Shown: positions 50,268 through 59,680, counted from the first letter of the stretch. The stretch is DNA of 64,000 nt from an uncultured Acidobacteriota bacterium (GCA_902826065.1 CADEDM010000001.1:23340-87339), one strand, 5' to 3'. A program made the numbers and translations. The notes: generated from the letters alone by a model not told the origin.

Positions 50268-51755
50268 ATGATCGCGACACTGGGAACGGGCAACACGAAC
50301 GCGTCGGCCGCACTCGTCAGCGGTCCTGACGACCTCCGGGTCTGCGGCCAGGATCGGGCGACGCGCGTGAGGCGGGCCGGCGGCGGCAGCAGCGGCCTGC
50401 CCGACGACGCGCTGGATCTGCTGCTCGAGCGCGCCGGGCAGTCACGTGCCGCCATCAGCCGGTACGTCGTGGCCGAGGGCGACGGGACGCCGCTGGATGC
50501 GTCGCTCGAACGCGTCACCGACCATTTCGCCCACGCCTGCACCGCCTACCTGACGTCGCCCTCGACCAGTGCCGTCATCGTGGTGTGCGATCACGACGCG
50601 CCGGAGGTCAGTGTCTGGACCGGCGATGGCACCGCCGTGCGACCCGTGGAATGGCAGTGGCGCGGCACGGGCTTCGCGCGTGCCTACTCGCGCTGCGCCG
50701 CGGCCCTCGGGTTCACGGTGGCCGCCGCCGCCCAGGCCGAAGCGCTGGCGCGGCTGGCGCCCGACGCACGCGACGACGCCATCGAGCGCCTGCTGTGGCT
50801 GGAGGCCGATGGCCTGGTGATCGACCCGCAGCTCGAGGCGATCGTCGCGGATCGGGCCGGCGCGGGACGAGACATCGGCGCCTGGTCGGCGTGCGCGGCG
50901 GCGTTGCAGGCGCGCATGGGCGACGTGCTGCTCGACTTCCTGCGCCAGGTGCGCGCCGCCGTCGGACGCTCCGACCTCTGCCTCGGGGGCAGCCTGTTCC
51001 GGAATTCGTCGTTCAACACCCGGGTCCGCCAGTCGATGACGTTCTCCAGCGTCTTCGTGCCCGTCGATCCCGGCAACGCGGGACGGCCGGTTGGCGTGGC
51101 GCTGCAGGTCATCGGGGAGAGTCCGCGCCTGCGGTCACCGTTCCTCGGTCCGTCGTACTCACGCGAAGAGACCAAGCAGACCCTCGACAACTGCAAGCTC
51201 CACTACAGCCTCGAGTCGAGTGACGACGCGATCATGATCGCGGTGGATGCACTCCGGGACGGACGCCTGGTCGGCTGGTTCGACGGCGGCATGGAATGGG
51301 GCCCGCGTGCGCTCGGCGCCCGCTGCATCCTGGCCAATCCGCAGGCGCCGTACGTGCTCGACAACCTGAACCACTTCCTCAAGCGACGCGCCGCCTGGCG
51401 CGGCTATTCCCTCAGCGGTCTCGAAGAGACCGTCGCCGCCCACTTCGCGGGCCCGTCGTCATCGCCGTACATGGACAACGACTACCGGCCGCGCGAACCC
51501 GAGCGGCTGCGGGAGGTGCTGCCGTCACCGGCCGCCGCGGTCCGCGTCCAGACGGTCGGCCGCGACGCCGATCTGCCGCAGTTCCGGACGCTCCTCGAGG
51601 CGTTTGCCACCGTGTCCGGCCAGCCCTTCGTCGTCAACACGTCCTTCAACGGCTGGCACGAGCCCATCGTCTGCAGCCCGCGCGACGCCGTGCGCGTGTT
51701 CTACGGCACCGGCCTCGACGTGCTCGTGATCAACCAGTTCGTGCTGCGCAAGTGA
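50268..51755 (+). CDS. Carbamoyltransferase (NodU/CmcH family), short form with a degenerate N-terminal motif
   Basis: C-terminal half: GRLVGWFDGGMEWGPRALGARCILANP...PFVVNTSFNGWHEPIVCSPRDA. The N-terminus reads MIATLGTGNTNASAALV where the family usually has ..G....HDS.AAL. Confidence 0.75.
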   Translation: MIATLGTGNTNASAALVSGPDDLRVCGQDRATRVRRAGGGSSGLPDDALDLLLERAGQSRAAISRYVVAEGDGTPLDASLERVTDHFAHACTAYLTSPSTSAVIVVCDHDAPEVSVWTGDGTAVRPVEWQWRGTGFARAYSRCAAALGFTVAAAAQAEALARLAPDARDDAIERLLWLEADGLVIDPQLEAIVADRAGAGRDIGAWSACAAALQARMGDVLLDFLRQVRAAVGRSDLCLGGSLFRNSSFNTRVRQSMTFSSVFVPVDPGNAGRPVGVALQVIGESPRLRSPFLGPSYSREETKQTLDNCKLHYSLESSDDAIMIAVDALRDGRLVGWFDGGMEWGPRALGARCILANPQAPYVLDNLNHFLKRRAAWRGYSLSGLEETVAAHFAGPSSSPYMDNDYRPREPERLREVLPSPAAAVRVQTVGRDADLPQFRTLLEAFATVSGQPFVVNTSFNGWHEPIVCSPRDAVRVFYGTGLDVLVINQFVLRK

Positions 51756-51799
51756 CGCCGGGCGCGGATCGCGGTCGCCGCGGCGCCACCGTCATGGGG

Positions 51800-52795
51800 T
51801 CAGGGCAGCTGGCGTGAGAACACGGCGTAGCGACGGAACGTCGTGCCGTAGTGGCGGCTGATCTTCTGCGACAGGTTGGTGTCGAGCATCAGCGCGTGGA
51901 TCACCTGGCTCAGGCCGACGGCCTCGGCCGCGCGCTGGCCGCGCTCCACCAGCAGTCCGCCCAGGCCGACGCCGCCGTGCGCCGGATGCACCGCCAGCGT
52001 CTTCAGGATCGCCGTCACGGCGCGCCCGGTGCGGCGCATCTCCAGCAGGTCCGGCATCACGAACACGTAGCCCACCACCACGCCGCCGTTCTCGGCCAGC
52101 AACACCAGGCGAGGGTCGACGTGCGGCAGGACGGCGCCGTACTGCGCGTGGAAGTCGTCGCGCGCGATGGGCGTGTAGAGGAAGTTCTCGGCGAAGGCCG
52201 CGATCGAGACGTCGTAGAGCGCGTCGAGTTCGGCCTCGACGCGGCTCACGTCGATCGGGCGGACGCGGTAGCCGGCCGCGGCCAGCCGCTGGGCGCGCGC
52301 ATCCATCTCCGTCGACGGCGGAGGGATGGCCTCGACGAGGGCCGAGGTGTAGCTGGCGAGTGTCGCGAAGCCGGCCGTGCGGAAGTGGTCCGGCCAGTCG
52401 TCGGGCGTGTCGGGCTCGAGGAAGAACGGCGGCCGCGGGCCGCGCTCGACCACGAGCCGGTAGTCGTGCCACGTGCTGCCGTCGATCGGGCCGACGGCGG
52501 TCGACATGCCGTGCGCCGCCAGCTCATCGCACGCGTGCCGCAGTAAAGCCGCACCGGCCTCGACATCGGCGGCGGCATAGTGCCCGACCAGCCCGGCCGT
52601 CTGCCCTGGAAGTGCCGGCCCGTGCCGCCACCAGATCGACGCCCGCGCCACCGCCACGGCGTCGCGCACCACCAGCCAGTGATCGTCGGCCGCATCGCGC
52701 CGCCAGCGCCGATCGTCGAGCGGGCGCGAGGCGAGCGCAGGATGCACGGCGATGCCTTCGGGTGCACGGCCGTGGTTCGCACGGACTAGCTGCAT
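51800..52795 (-). CDS. GNAT-family N-acyltransferase (two-lobed)
   Basis: C-terminal lobe AILKTLAVHPAHGGVGLGGLLVERGQRAAEAVGL is the acetyl-CoA motif A (Q/RxxGxG/A-like). Confidence 0.6.
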   Translation of the reverse strand: MQLVRANHGRAPEGIAVHPALASRPLDDRRWRRDAADDHWLVVRDAVAVARASIWWRHGPALPGQTAGLVGHYAAADVEAGAALLRHACDELAAHGMSTAVGPIDGSTWHDYRLVVERGPRPPFFLEPDTPDDWPDHFRTAGFATLASYTSALVEAIPPPSTEMDARAQRLAAAGYRVRPIDVSRVEAELDALYDVSIAAFAENFLYTPIARDDFHAQYGAVLPHVDPRLVLLAENGGVVVGYVFVMPDLLEMRRTGRAVTAILKTLAVHPAHGGVGLGGLLVERGQRAAEAVGLSQVIHALMLDTNLSQKISRHYGTTFRRYAVFSRQLP

Positions 52796-52882
52796 GATGC
52801 GCTAGTGTCCCGGGTCGGGGGAGGCGGAGACAAGCCCCGCGCCGCCGACGCGCGATTGCCCGTCACGCGCCGCCGTGGTCTG

Positions 52883-54418
52883 ATGGTGCGGATGCGGCGG
52901 TGTCCGACGGCCCGACTGACGACTGCCGCGCTCGCGGCCGTGCTGGCCGCCGGCGCGGCGGCCTGCGCCTCGCCTGAAGCACTGGGCGCCATCGATCGCC
53001 TGCACGAGTGCCGCATCGACGAAGGGCCCGCCAACGCCTACTGCGGCACGCTCTCGGTCTTCGAGAACCGCGCCACCAAGCAGGGACGCCAGATCGCGTT
53101 GAAGATCGTCGTCGCGCCGGCGCTGCGGCGCACGGCCGCGCGCGATCCGCTGTTCATCCTCGAGGGCGGGCCCGGCGCCGGCGCCGCCACGCTGGCGTCG
53201 GCGCGCCTGCCGATGTTCCGCCGCTTCCGCACGGACCGCGACCTGGTCTTCGTCGATCAGCGCGGCACCGGCGAGTCGAACCGCCTGGGCTGCGATCCGT
53301 CGCCCGAGGAACTCGACGACGTTCGCACCGACGACGATCGCATCACGGCCCGCCTGAAGGCGTGCCTGGCGGCGCTCGACGCTGATCCCCGGCTCTACAC
53401 GACGCCGATCGCGATGGACGATCTCGACGACGTCCGCGCCTTCCTCGGCTACGACCGGATCAACCTGTGGGGCGGGTCGTATGGCACCCGGGCGGCGCTG
53501 GTTTACCTGCGCCAGCACGACGCGCACGTGCGCAGCATCGTCCTCGACGGCGTGGCCCCGCAGGACATGCAGTTGCCGCTGCACACGACCCGCGATGCCC
53601 AACGCGCGCTCGACCGGATGTTCGCCGACTGCGCCGCCGAGTCCGCCTGCGCCGCCGCGTTCCCGACGTTGAAGGCCGACACCGAGGCGCTGTTCTCGCG
53701 GCTCGAACGCGATCGGCCCACCGTGCGCGGCGTCCATCCGCGAACGGGGGCGCCGCTCGAGCTGCCGCTCACCCGACGTGACGTGGCGCTGGTGATCTTC
53801 CGTGCGCTCTACATCCCGGAGGCCGTGTCGCTGCTGCCGCGCGTCCTCACCGAGGCGTCGGCCGGCGAGTACCAGGGGCTCCTGGCGCTGGCCTTCTCGT
53901 CGCCGCCCGAGGGCGACAAGCGCGACATCGCCATGGGCATGCACCTGTCGGTCGTGTGTGCCGAGGATTTTCCGCGCATCACGCCCGCGGCCCGGGCGCG
54001 TGTGGGCGGCACCGGCTTCCTGGGCGCCGCGATGTTCGACGCGCAGTACGGCGGCTGCGCCTTCTGGCCCCGCGGCGACGTGCCCGAAAGCTACTACGCG
54101 CCGGTGGTCTCCGATCGGCCGGTGCTGATCCTCTCGGGCGCCGACGACCCGGTGACGCCGCCGGTATGGGGTGAGCACGTCAAGCCGACGCTCAGCCGCT
54201 CGCGGCACATCGTCGTGCCGGGCGCCGGCCACATCACGCTGACCCGCGGCTGCGTGCCGCAGCTCGTCGGCCGCTTCCTCGACGCGGCGAGCGTCGACGG
54301 CCTCGACCCGGCGTGCACCACCACGCTGACGCGCCCGCCGTTCTTCGTCACGCCCACGGGCCCGGCCGCGGGTCCGCCGCGGGCCACCAGCGGCGCCGGC
54401 GCCGAGGCGAAGCGATGA
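52883..54418 (+). CDS. Lipoprotein alpha/beta hydrolase (tripeptidyl-aminopeptidase/TAP-like)
   Basis: The start at the ATG at 52883 gives MVRMRRCPTARLTTAALAAVLAAGAAAC (lipobox). LFILEGGPGAG, VFVDQRGTGES, NLWGGSYGTRAAL (nucleophile Ser), VVPGAGH. Confidence 0.75.
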   Translation: MVRMRRCPTARLTTAALAAVLAAGAAACASPEALGAIDRLHECRIDEGPANAYCGTLSVFENRATKQGRQIALKIVVAPALRRTAARDPLFILEGGPGAGAATLASARLPMFRRFRTDRDLVFVDQRGTGESNRLGCDPSPEELDDVRTDDDRITARLKACLAALDADPRLYTTPIAMDDLDDVRAFLGYDRINLWGGSYGTRAALVYLRQHDAHVRSIVLDGVAPQDMQLPLHTTRDAQRALDRMFADCAAESACAAAFPTLKADTEALFSRLERDRPTVRGVHPRTGAPLELPLTRRDVALVIFRALYIPEAVSLLPRVLTEASAGEYQGLLALAFSSPPEGDKRDIAMGMHLSVVCAEDFPRITPAARARVGGTGFLGAAMFDAQYGGCAFWPRGDVPESYYAPVVSDRPVLILSGADDPVTPPVWGEHVKPTLSRSRHIVVPGAGHITLTRGCVPQLVGRFLDAASVDGLDPACTTTLTRPPFFVTPTGPAAGPPRATSGAGAEAKR

Positions 54419-55149
54419 TCGCCATCGACGGCCTGCACAAGCGCTTCGGCGACGTCCACGCCGTCCGCGGGGTCACCTTCACGGCGGTGGACGGCACGGT
54501 GACCGGGCTGCTCGGCCCGAACGGCGCCGGCAAGACCACGACGCTGCGGATGCTCTCCGGGCTGATGCGTCCCGACGCCGGCTCGATCCGCGTCGACGAC
54601 GCCGACGTGGTCGCCGACCCGGTCGGGGCCCAGCGGGTGATGGGCCAGCTTCCCGATTCGCGTGGTCTCTATCCGCGGCTGACGGCCCGCGAACACGTCG
54701 AGTACTTCGCCCAGTTGCACGGTCTCGATCGCGCCGCCACCAGGGCCCGCGTGTCGGCGCTGCTGGCGCGCCTGGGGCTCGAGCCGCTGGCCGACCGTCG
54801 CGTCGCCGGCTTCTCGCAGGGCGAGCGCACGAAGGTGGCGCTGGCCCGCGCTCTGGTGCACGCGCCCAGGAACGTCATCCTCGACGAGCCCACCAACGGC
54901 CTCGACGTCATGAGCACGCGGGCCGTGCGCGAGGTCATTCGCGGCCTGCGCGAGGAGGGCTGCTGCGTGGTGTTCTCGAGTCACATCATGCAGGAGGTGT
55001 CGGCGCTCTGCGACCGCATCGTGGTGATCGCCGCCGGCACCGTCGTGGCTGAGGGCACGGCCGACGAACTCCGGGCGAAGTCGGGCCGCGACAACCTCGA
55101 AGACGCCTTCGTGTCGCTGGTCGGACTCGACGTGGAGATGCCGGCGTGA
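54415..55149 (+). CDS. ABC transporter ATP-binding protein (NatA-like)
   Basis: ATGA overlap at 54415-54418. GLLGPNGAGKTTT (Walker A), FSQGERTKVALARAL (signature), VILDEPTNGLD (Walker B). Confidence 0.9.
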   Translation: MIAIDGLHKRFGDVHAVRGVTFTAVDGTVTGLLGPNGAGKTTTLRMLSGLMRPDAGSIRVDDADVVADPVGAQRVMGQLPDSRGLYPRLTAREHVEYFAQLHGLDRAATRARVSALLARLGLEPLADRRVAGFSQGERTKVALARALVHAPRNVILDEPTNGLDVMSTRAVREVIRGLREEGCCVVFSSHIMQEVSALCDRIVVIAAGTVVAEGTADELRAKSGRDNLEDAFVSLVGLDVEMPA

Positions 55150-56324
55150 GCGCGTTCCGTCTGCTCGGCGCGGTGACGCGCAAGGAGCTTCTCGACGGGC
55201 TGCGTGATCGTCGATCGCTCGTGACGCTCGTGTTCTCCACGGTGCTGACGCCGGTGCTGCTGGGCGTGTTGCTGTCGACCACGGCCGGCAGCCAGCGCGG
55301 CGCCGAGGACCTCGCGTTGCCGGTGGTGGGCGCCGAACACGCGCCGGCATTCGTGCACTGGCTGGGCCAGCAGACCGGCGTGCGCGTGGTGCCCGGCCCC
55401 GCGGACGCCGAGAAGGCCGTGCTCGATCGCGTCGAGGACGTGGTGCTCATCATCGAGCCCGACTTCATGGAGCGCATGAGCCGCGCCCAGACCGCGGAAG
55501 TGAAGCTGGTCGCCGAAAGCTCGCGCGACCGCGCCCGGCCGAAGATCTCGCGGGTGCGGGCGCTGGTCGGCGGCTACGCCGGTCAGCTGGCCAGCCTGCG
55601 GCTCATCGCCCGCGGCGTCGCGCCGGGCATCGCCTCGCCGATCCGCATCGAGGACGTCGAGGTGTCGAGCAGCCAGGCGCGGCTCGCGGCGCTGCTGTCG
55701 TTCCTGCCGCTGCTGCTCGTGATCGCCGGCCTCGTCGGCGGGATGCAGATCGCCATCGACTCCACCGCCGGCGAACGCGAGCGCGGCTCGCTCGAGCCGC
55801 TGCTGCTGAACCCGGTGCCGCGCTGGGTGATCGCCGGGGGGAAGTGGCTGGCGGCGTCGGCGCTCGGCTGCGCCTCGGTGCTGTTCTCGCTGGTCATCAC
55901 CGTCAGCGTGCTCAGGCGCATCCCGTGGCACGACATGGGCATCCGCTTCCGGGTCACCGACGGCGAGCTCTTCAGCCTGCTGCTGCTCCTGCTGCCGCTG
56001 GCGATGCTGCTGGCGGCGGTGGTGCTGTTCGCGTCGACCTTCGCGCGCAGCTTCAAGGAAGCACAGGGCTACATGGGCATGCTGATGCTGGTGCCGATGC
56101 TGCCCGGCATGCTGGCCACGATGTATCCCCTGTCGCGACGGCCGTGGCTGGCGCCGGTGCCGATCCTCGGGCAATACGCGCTCGCGTCCGACGTGCTGGG
56201 CGGACAGCCGCCCGGGGCCGCCGGCTACCTCATCTCCGGCGTCGCCGCATTGATCTGCGCGGTTGCCCTGGTGGCCCTCACTGCCCGCGCGATGACGCGC
56301 GAGCACATCGTCTTCGGGCGATAG
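55146..56324 (+). CDS. ABC-2 type permease (NatB-like)
   Basis: GTGA overlap at 55146-55149. N-terminus KELLDGLRDRRSLV, a large periplasmic loop, then 5 C-terminal TM helices. Confidence 0.8.
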   Translation: MSAFRLLGAVTRKELLDGLRDRRSLVTLVFSTVLTPVLLGVLLSTTAGSQRGAEDLALPVVGAEHAPAFVHWLGQQTGVRVVPGPADAEKAVLDRVEDVVLIIEPDFMERMSRAQTAEVKLVAESSRDRARPKISRVRALVGGYAGQLASLRLIARGVAPGIASPIRIEDVEVSSSQARLAALLSFLPLLLVIAGLVGGMQIAIDSTAGERERGSLEPLLLNPVPRWVIAGGKWLAASALGCASVLFSLVITVSVLRRIPWHDMGIRFRVTDGELFSLLLLLLPLAMLLAAVVLFASTFARSFKEAQGYMGMLMLVPMLPGMLATMYPLSRRPWLAPVPILGQYALASDVLGGQPPGAAGYLISGVAALICAVALVALTARAMTREHIVFGR

Positions 56325-56327
56325 CCG

Positions 56328-56738
56328 ATGTCGCGGAAGACGCTGGTCGTCGTGGGTCTGCTCGTCGTCTCGACCACCATGGTCTACGGCACGTGGCTGG
56401 CGGCCGACGACATGCGCGCCAAGCCGCTGGTCGCGCGGGTGACGATGCAGGACGGGTTCGTGCGGCTCGTGAACACGGGTGACTACGCGTGGCAGAACCT
56501 GCGCCTGACCATCAACGGCGAGTTCGCCTGCGACCCGCGCGCCCGGCCGGCCTCCGACGCGATGCCCCCTGGCTCCACGACGGCGGTGAACGTCGCCGCA
56601 TGCCTGAATGCGGCCGGCCAACGGCTCGACTGGCCGCGAGTGCGCGCCCGTGACGTCGCCGTCACGGTGTCGCGGGTGCCGCGCTTCCCGCTGATGAACC
56701 GCGCCCGCACGGCCAGCGGCACCTTCGCGCTCGAGTAG
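56328..56738 (+). CDS. Small membrane-anchored hypothetical protein
   Basis: N-terminal TM helix (TLVVVGLLVVSTTMVYGTWL). Sits 4 nt after the permease. No recognisable family. Confidence 0.45.
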   Translation: MSRKTLVVVGLLVVSTTMVYGTWLAADDMRAKPLVARVTMQDGFVRLVNTGDYAWQNLRLTINGEFACDPRARPASDAMPPGSTTAVNVAACLNAAGQRLDWPRVRARDVAVTVSRVPRFPLMNRARTASGTFALE

Positions 56739-56770
56739 CGGCGGCCTGCGGTCCGCGGCTGTACACACGA

Positions 56771-56798
56771 AAGGGCCGGCGGTTGCCCGCCGGCCCTT
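56771..56798. terminator. Bidirectional intrinsic-terminator-like hairpin between convergent genes
   Basis: AAGGGCCGGCGG-ttgc-CCGCCGGCCCTT: a perfect 12-bp GC-rich stem with a 4-nt loop. The U-tract is poor on the + side and tcgtgtgt on the - side. Confidence 0.6.
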
Positions 56799-56820
56799 CG
56801 CAATCAACCCGTGCCCGCGC

Positions 56821-58002
56821 TTAGCGCTGGCCCGCCGCCGTCGACGTGACCGGCGCGCGCTTCGGGAAGATCTCCTTGAACGCCACGAGGAACTTCTGCA
56901 TGTCCTCGTCGCGGCCGATCGACACGCGCAGGTGGTTCAGCATCGGCGGGAACGGACGGCCGACGAGGATGTTCTTCTCGCGGAACGCCTGAATCGTCGG
57001 CTGCACCGTCTTGTCGTGCAGGCTGACCATGAAGAAGTTGGTCTGCGACGGGATCACCGGGTAGCCCCACGCCTCGAGTTCCTTCGAGGTGCTGGTGCGC
57101 AGCGCGATGACCTTGCGGCGCACTTCGGCCTGACCCGCGGTGTCCTTCAGCGACGCCGCGGCGCCGAACTTGGCGGCCACGTTCACGCTGTTGATCGAGT
57201 AGGCGCGCATGCGCTGGACGATCTCGGCCGGCGCGATGGCGTAGCCGATGCGCATCGCCGCCAGGGCCGCGATCTTCGAGAACGTGCGGGCCACGATGAC
57301 CGGACGGCCCTCGAGCACGTAGGGCACCGCGGTGCCGTAGGCCGGGTCATCCACGAAGTGGTGGTAGGCCTCGTCGATCAGGATGGGCATGTCCTTCGGG
57401 AGCCCTTCGACGACCTGCCGGACTTCCTTGGCCGAGACGACGACGCCCGTCGGGTTGTTGGGGTTGCAGAGATAGAAGAAGCCGATGTCGCGCGCGTTGC
57501 GGTTCGCGGTGGCGATCATGGCCGGGATGTCCTGACGGAAGTCCTTCAGGAGCGGCAGCTTGATCGCGTCGGACTTGATCGTGGTGGCGTGCTGGTAGAC
57601 CGAACCGTAGGACGGGTCGGCGCCGAGCACGACCTTGCCGTTCTGCAGGTAGGTGGTGCCGACGACGTCCAGCACTTCGCCCGAGCCGGCCGTGAGCAGG
57701 ACGTTCTCGCGCTTCACGCCGTGGTGCTCGGCGATCGCCTGCATGATGTTGCCGTCAGGGTTGCCGTAGCGGTTGGCGTACTTGAACCCGTGGGTCATCG
57801 CGTCCATCACGGACTGCGGCGGGCCCCAGTTGTTCTCGTTGCTGGCCAGCTTGATGTAGTTGTCGTACTGCTCTTCGCCGCCGGTGAACTGCTCCGTGCG
57901 GACCTGCCCGAACGAGACGGTCGGCTTCAGGCCGAGCGTGCCCACGGCAGCCGCCACTCCTCCGAAGAATCGACGACGAGAAAACGGGTGCCTGGCGTCC
58001 AT
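56821..58002 (-). CDS. Class I/II PLP aminotransferase (histidinol-phosphate aminotransferase family) with a twin-arginine signal
   Basis: Start at the ATG at 58002: MDARHPFSRRRFFGGVAAAVGTLGL (Tat motif). LASNENNWGPP, YLCNPNNPTG, RTFSKIAALAAMRIGY (PLP Lys). Confidence 0.85.
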   Translation of the reverse strand: MDARHPFSRRRFFGGVAAAVGTLGLKPTVSFGQVRTEQFTGGEEQYDNYIKLASNENNWGPPQSVMDAMTHGFKYANRYGNPDGNIMQAIAEHHGVKRENVLLTAGSGEVLDVVGTTYLQNGKVVLGADPSYGSVYQHATTIKSDAIKLPLLKDFRQDIPAMIATANRNARDIGFFYLCNPNNPTGVVVSAKEVRQVVEGLPKDMPILIDEAYHHFVDDPAYGTAVPYVLEGRPVIVARTFSKIAALAAMRIGYAIAPAEIVQRMRAYSINSVNVAAKFGAAASLKDTAGQAEVRRKVIALRTSTSKELEAWGYPVIPSQTNFFMVSLHDKTVQPTIQAFREKNILVGRPFPPMLNHLRVSIGRDEDMQKFLVAFKEIFPKRAPVTSTAAGQR

Positions 58003-58223
58003 TGATGAAGTCCTCCGCGGCAAATCGGCCGAATCCAGAGAAGTTAACCGATCCCGGGGGCTGGCGCATCGGTTATTTTGCGGCCATGCCCGGGGCGCAT
58101 CTGTCGGGCGTGACAGGGGATACGCCGAATTCCCTGGCGCCGTTGCACACCACGGCGAGGCCCGTAGACGGGCGGCACGATAGAATCCCGGCCGGCCCCG
58201 TGGCGCGGGGCCCCGGAGGCAGC

Positions 58224-59021
58224 ATGAAGCGTCGCGAGTTCCTCTCGTCGTCGGTGGCCGGAGCGGTAGGGGCGGGGCTGGTGGCCGCTCCAAAGGCAGA
58301 GCTGGATGCCGCAGCCGGGCAGGCCCCGGCCTCCGCCCGCAAGATCCTGATCGCCGGCGGCGGGTTCGGCACCGCCTTCATCCGCTACCTGGCGCAACTC
58401 ACCGGCAAGCCGCGGCCCAGGCTGCTCTACCTGCCCACCGCCAATGGCGACTCGGCCCAGGGCATCATCAGCTGGTATCGCGCCTGCGCCCCCCTGAACG
58501 TCGAGGCCGGCCATCAGATCAGCTTCATCGCCAGCACCCAGCAGTCGCGCGGCTGGGACGAGGTGCTGCTGGCCGTCGACGGCATCGTCTGCTCGGGTGG
58601 CAACACCCTGAACCAGCAGGTTATCTGGAAGGCGCACGGCATCGACGCCATCCTCCGCCAGGCGTGGGACCGCGGCATCGTGCTGGGCGGGGCCTCGGCC
58701 GGCTCACTGTGCTGGTTCGAGGAAGGCACCACCGACTCGCGGCCCAAGGAGCTGTCCACGGTGCAGTGCCTCGGCTTGCTGAAGGGCAGCCATTGCCCGC
58801 ACTACGACGCGGAGCCGGGCCGCCGTCCGCTGTACCACAAGCTGATCGGCTCGGGGCAGATGAAGCCCGGCTACGCGTGCGACAACGACGCCGGCATCTA
58901 CTTCGAGGACAACACCGTCAAGCGCGTGGTGGCGACGCGGGCCGATGCCGACGTCTTCCACGTGAGCGTCGTCGACGGCAAGGTGGTGGAGAAGCAGCTG
59001 CCGGCCGACCGCATCGAGTGA
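58224..59021 (+). CDS. Peptidase S51 family (dipeptidase E/cyanophycinase-like) with a Tat-like signal
   Basis: MKRREFLSSSVAGAVGAGLVAAP; ...IVCSGGNTLNQ...VLGGASAGSLCWFE (nucleophile Ser), GSHCPHYD (His). Confidence 0.7.
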   Translation: MKRREFLSSSVAGAVGAGLVAAPKAELDAAAGQAPASARKILIAGGGFGTAFIRYLAQLTGKPRPRLLYLPTANGDSAQGIISWYRACAPLNVEAGHQISFIASTQQSRGWDEVLLAVDGIVCSGGNTLNQQVIWKAHGIDAILRQAWDRGIVLGGASAGSLCWFEEGTTDSRPKELSTVQCLGLLKGSHCPHYDAEPGRRPLYHKLIGSGQMKPGYACDNDAGIYFEDNTVKRVVATRADADVFHVSVVDGKVVEKQLPADRIE

Positions 59022-59053
59022 CCGTTCAGCGGCTGGGATAGACTGCAGGACAG

Positions 59054-59680
59054 GTGTCGAGCCCAGGTCCGCCGCTCAGAGCGCAGTCGCTCGCGAACGA
59101 CCCCGAGGCCGCCGCAGATCGCCAGGCCGTCGATCGCATGGCGGGCGGCGACCAGTCGGCGCTGGCCGCGCTCTACGACCGTCACGCCACCCCCGTCTAT
59201 TCCCTGGCGCTGCGCATCGTGCGCCGCCCGGAAGATGCCGAGGACGTGACCCAGCAGGTGTTCACGCAGGCCTGGCAGTCGTCGGCACGCTACGACGCGT
59301 CGCGCGGTGTGGTGGCGGCCTGGCTGCTGATGATCGCCCGCAGCCGCGCCCTCGATTTCCTGCGCCGTCGCAACCCGGCGCGCGCCGGCACCTCCGACGA
59401 CGACGTGCTCAGCGCAATCCCCGACACCGACCCGAGCGTAGAGTACGTAGTGGCGACGCGCGAGCAGGTGGACCGGGTGCGGGCCGCGATCGAGGCGTTG
59501 CCGGAGGATCAACGGGTCGCCGTGGAACTGGCCTACTACGACGGGCTGACGCAGACCGAGATCGCGGCACGGATCAGCACGCCGCTGGGCACGGTGAAGA
59601 CACGGGTGCGTACGGCGCTACAGACGTTGCGCGCGGCCGTCGCCGGCCAGGCGCTGCAACCGGGGACCAGCCATGAGTGA
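59054..59680 (+). CDS. ECF RNA polymerase sigma factor (SigK-like by context)
   Basis: Region 2: ALYDRHATPVYSLALRIVRRPEDAEDVTQQVFTQAW. Region 4: LPEDQRVAVELAYYDGLTQTEIAARISTPLGTVKTRVRTAL. Confidence 0.85.
   Translation: MSSPGPPLRAQSLANDPEAAADRQAVDRMAGGDQSALAALYDRHATPVYSLALRIVRRPEDAEDVTQQVFTQAWQSSARYDASRGVVAAWLLMIARSRALDFLRRRNPARAGTSDDDVLSAIPDTDPSVEYVVATREQVDRVRAAIEALPEDQRVAVELAYYDGLTQTEIAARISTPLGTVKTRVRTALQTLRAAVAGQALQPGTSHE

Noticed and set aside
51756-51799. Possible hairpin between the carbamoyltransferase and GNAT genes (ggcgcggatcgcggtcgccgcggcgcc)
   Set aside because: It pairs only with bulges and has no U-tract, so it is not convincing.
54981-56807. 608-aa minus ORF across the ABC transporter genes
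   Set aside because: It is antisense to genes with clear Walker A/B and ABC-signature motifs. It is His/Arg/Gln/Gly-rich low-complexity sequence.
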